Assembly: GCA_942491945.1 (NCBI GenBank)
Contig: CALODD010000085.1
Span: 4,311 to 68,310, forward strand
From: an uncultured Gammaproteobacteria bacterium
GTDB taxonomy: Bacteria; Pseudomonadota; Gammaproteobacteria; JAJDYQ01
Length of the DNA stretch: 64,000 bases
Direction: 5' to 3'
Each line of letters starts with the position of its first letter. Position 1 is the first letter of the stretch. Positions 61,486-64,000 of this stretch are shown here, one piece after another. The notes below the pieces were generated by a model, which saw only the letters and a list, made by a program, of their open reading frames with translations, did no database searches and was not told where the DNA came from. The translations under genes and the position numbers were made by a program.

Positions 61486-62946
61486 TCATGTGTCCATTTT
61501 GCAATATTCAGGCGTGTGTAATTCACCCACCCTGACAATCTTCATCGCATTCGTGCCACCAGCTGTACCCGCTAGATCACCTTTGGTGATAATGACGAGA
61601 TCACCATCGCGTACCGCTCCGCGACGTACCAGATCATCTACCGCTTCCTTGTTCACAACGGCATGATCTGAAAAATCTGGTTTAAAACTGACCGGATAAA
61701 CACCACGATATAACGTCACTTTACGGCGTGTTCTCACTCGAGATGTCATCGCATAAATTGGAATACCTGAACTAATACGTGACATCCAGTGTGTTGTAGA
61801 GCCTGATTCAGTCAGTGAAATAATCGCCGCCGCGCCGAGATGATTCGCGGTATACATCGTCGCCATAGCAATTGCTTCATCAATGTAATCAAATGTGCTG
61901 CCAGTACGATGCGCTGACACCATTGCCGCACGTTGCTTTTCAGCACCAACACAGATCTTACTCATCGCCGCGACGACTTTAGCTGGGTGTTTACCAACTG
62001 ACGTTTCAGCTGACAACATAACCGCATCTGTGCCATCAAGAACCGCGTTAGCAACGTCCATTACTTCAGCACGAGTTGGCGCATGATTTTCGATCATCGA
62101 CTGCATCATCTGAGTTGCAGTAATCACAACGCGATTCATACGTCGCGCATCGGCAATTAATTTCTTCTGTACGCCCGGTAACTCAGGGTCACCAATCTCA
62201 ACGCCCAGATCGCCACGGGCTACCATAATTACATCGCTTGCCTCGATAATTTCATCAATAATTGGCAAGGATTCAGCCCGTTCAACTTTAGCAATAATAC
62301 CACCATGTCCTCCTGCTGCACGCAATAGGTCACGTGTCTGATTCACATCAGCAGCCGATCGGACAAACGATAAAGCAACATAATCTGCTTCCATCTTGGC
62401 CGCCGTCTTAATGTCTTCCTTATCCTTTTCAGTCAACGCTGCAGCTGATAGACCACCGCCTTGCTTATTGATACCTTTTTTGTCAGATAGTTTACCGCCA
62501 ACAGTCACTTTACAATGAATTTGCGCGCCTTCGACTTCATCAACCCATAATACGATAGCGCCATCATCAAGCAATAATGTGTCACCACGAGCCAGATCAT
62601 TTGGAAGATCTTTGTACTCGAGTCCGACCGCTTTTTCATTACCAGCGGTCGTATCCATTTCGGCATCAAGGGTGAACATATCACCATCATTCAACTCAAC
62701 AGAGCCATTCGTAAACGCCGCAATACGTATTTTCGGCCCCTGCAGATCAGCAATAATGCCTACCTGACGACCGCTAGCACGAGCACGATTTCGAACCTTT
62801 TCAACGCGAGCTAAATGCTCTTCTGCTTCGCCATGAGAGAAGTTAATACGGCAGACATCAACACCCGCCTGAATTAATTCATCAAGTGCTTTGTCATCGT
62901 CCGTTGCAGGCCCGAGGGTTGCAACGATTTTCGTTCTTCTTGGCAT
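61486..62946 (-). CDS. pyk: Pyruvate kinase
   Basis: 486-aa ORF with RRTKIVATLGPA, INFSHG, MVARGDLGVE and ATQMM.SM. Confidence 0.96.
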   Translation of the reverse strand: MPRRTKIVATLGPATDDDKALDELIQAGVDVCRINFSHGEAEEHLARVEKVRNRARASGRQVGIIADLQGPKIRIAAFTNGSVELNDGDMFTLDAEMDTTAGNEKAVGLEYKDLPNDLARGDTLLLDDGAIVLWVDEVEGAQIHCKVTVGGKLSDKKGINKQGGGLSAAALTEKDKEDIKTAAKMEADYVALSFVRSAADVNQTRDLLRAAGGHGGIIAKVERAESLPIIDEIIEASDVIMVARGDLGVEIGDPELPGVQKKLIADARRMNRVVITATQMMQSMIENHAPTRAEVMDVANAVLDGTDAVMLSAETSVGKHPAKVVAAMSKICVGAEKQRAAMVSAHRTGSTFDYIDEAIAMATMYTANHLGAAAIISLTESGSTTHWMSRISSGIPIYAMTSRVRTRRKVTLYRGVYPVSFKPDFSDHAVVNKEAVDDLVRRGAVRDGDLVIITKGDLAGTAGGTNAMKIVRVGELHTPEYCKMDT

Positions 62947-62976
62947 AGATAACCTTAACGGTTCGTTTATCTCGGA

Positions 62977-64000
62977 TTATTTGTTTGCTTGAGCCTCTAA
63001 CATTGCAACTGCGGGTAACGTTTTACCTTCCAGGTACTCCAGAAAAGCACCACCGGCTGTTGAGATATAAGACACTTTGTCATAAATATCGTACTTCTGG
63101 ATGGCAGCAATCGTGTCACCACCACCAGCTAATGAGAAACCGTCGGCATCAGCAATCGCCATAGAAACGGTTTTAGTGCCTTCTCCAAATTGATCAAATT
63201 CGAAGACACCTACTGGACCATTCCATACAATGGTGCCAGCTTTGGAAATGATCTCAGCCAGCTCTTTCGCTGAATCTGGACCTATATCAAAAATCATATC
63301 GTCGTCTTCAACATCACCGGCAGCTTTCAGAGTTGCTTCAGCGTCCTCTGCGAATTCTTTGCCACAAACTACGTCCGTTGCAATTGGAATATTTGCACCA
63401 CGTGCTTCCATCTTCGCAACCAGCTCTTTCGCTGTGTCGACCAGGTCGTTTTCACAAAGTGATTTACCGACGTTGTTACCCATTGCTTTAAGGAACGTAT
63501 TGGCAATACCACCGCCAACAACCAGCTGATCAACTTTCTCCGACAATGCTTCCAGAACTGTCAGCTTGGTAGACACTTTAGAACCACCAACAATCGCCAC
63601 CATCGGACGGGCTGGCTCTGCCAGTGCTTTAGCCAGGCTATCGAGTTCATCTGATAACAATAAACCTGCGCAAGCTACAGGGGCCTGAACACCAACACCG
63701 TGTGTTGAGGCCTGTGCACGGTGTGCTGTACCAAAAGCATCCATAACGAAGATATCGCACAGTGCTGCATATTTCTTTGAAAGACCTTCATCATCTTTCT
63801 TTTCACCCGCATTAAAGCGAACGTTTTCAAATAACACACATTCGCCATCAGCTATTTCATGTGCGTTATCTAGATAATCTTTAATTAGACGCACTTCAGT
63901 GCCTAACTTGGCAGACATATCTTCAGCAATTGGCTGCATAGAGTTCTCATCATCCACTTTACCTTCTTCAGGACGACCACGATGAGACATTACCTGAACC
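62977..64000 (-). CDS. pgk: Phosphoglycerate kinase (5' end lies beyond the right edge of the window)
   Basis: The frame is open to nt 64000. The track ORF begins inside the conserved (L/V)MSHxGRP segment. Contains [16 protein letters not shown] and STGGGA-like [11 protein letters not shown]. Confidence 0.95.
   Translation of the reverse strand, partial: VQVMSHRGRPEEGKVDDENSMQPIAEDMSAKLGTEVRLIKDYLDNAHEIADGECVLFENVRFNAGEKKDDEGLSKKYAALCDIFVMDAFGTAHRAQASTHGVGVQAPVACAGLLLSDELDSLAKALAEPARPMVAIVGGSKVSTKLTVLEALSEKVDQLVVGGGIANTFLKAMGNNVGKSLCENDLVDTAKELVAKMEARGANIPIATDVVCGKEFAEDAEATLKAAGDVEDDDMIFDIGPDSAKELAEIISKAGTIVWNGPVGVFEFDQFGEGTKTVSMAIADADGFSLAGGGDTIAAIQKYDIYDKVSYISTAGGAFLEYLEGKTLPAVAMLEAQANK

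Overview
The window has two compositionally unrelated parts. Positions 1 to about 4500 are high-GC (a sample 60-nt line counts about 63% G+C). This part carries an MFS transporter fragment, an MntR-like regulator, a large Na+/H+ antiporter fused to a cyclic-nucleotide-binding domain, and a DUF1932-type oxidoreductase. At about 4520 the composition drops to the mid-40s % G+C, exactly where an ilvA-type threonine dehydratase loses its 3' end. The remaining ~59.5 kb is ordinary gammaproteobacterial core chromosome. Its synteny is very conserved and Pseudomonas/E. coli-like:
- rpiA; fkpB-lspA-ileS-ribF-(orf)-murJ / rpsT; proB-obg-rpmA-rplU / ispB
- lptD-surA-pdxA-rsmA-apaG-apaH; folA-thyA-lgt; dacB; SPFH-NfeD; ispG
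- tRNA-Met; ychF-pth-rplY-prs-tRNA-Gln-ispE-lolB-TPR / hemA-prfA; fba-pyk-pgk

No rRNA, CRISPR array, transposase or integrase was seen. The unusual content is:
1. An AT-rich two-gene islet at the 3' end of tRNA-Met, pairing a TcmP-like protein with a three-Cys DUF5131/Gp37-Gp68-like protein. The pair has no established function.
2. An AT-rich DUF3800-protein islet plus a repeat-rich non-coding tract between rpsT and proB.
3. A coupled operon of a degenerate P-loop-like protein and an FGE/SUMF1-domain protein, next to a CPCC cysteine-rich protein.
4. One-nucleotide frame breaks in essential ileS and in the DUF5131 gene. Both are loss of a G from TGG next to a GATC site.
5. The high-GC/low-GC breakpoint itself.

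All family calls come from reading the translations and remembered family signatures. No database search was possible.
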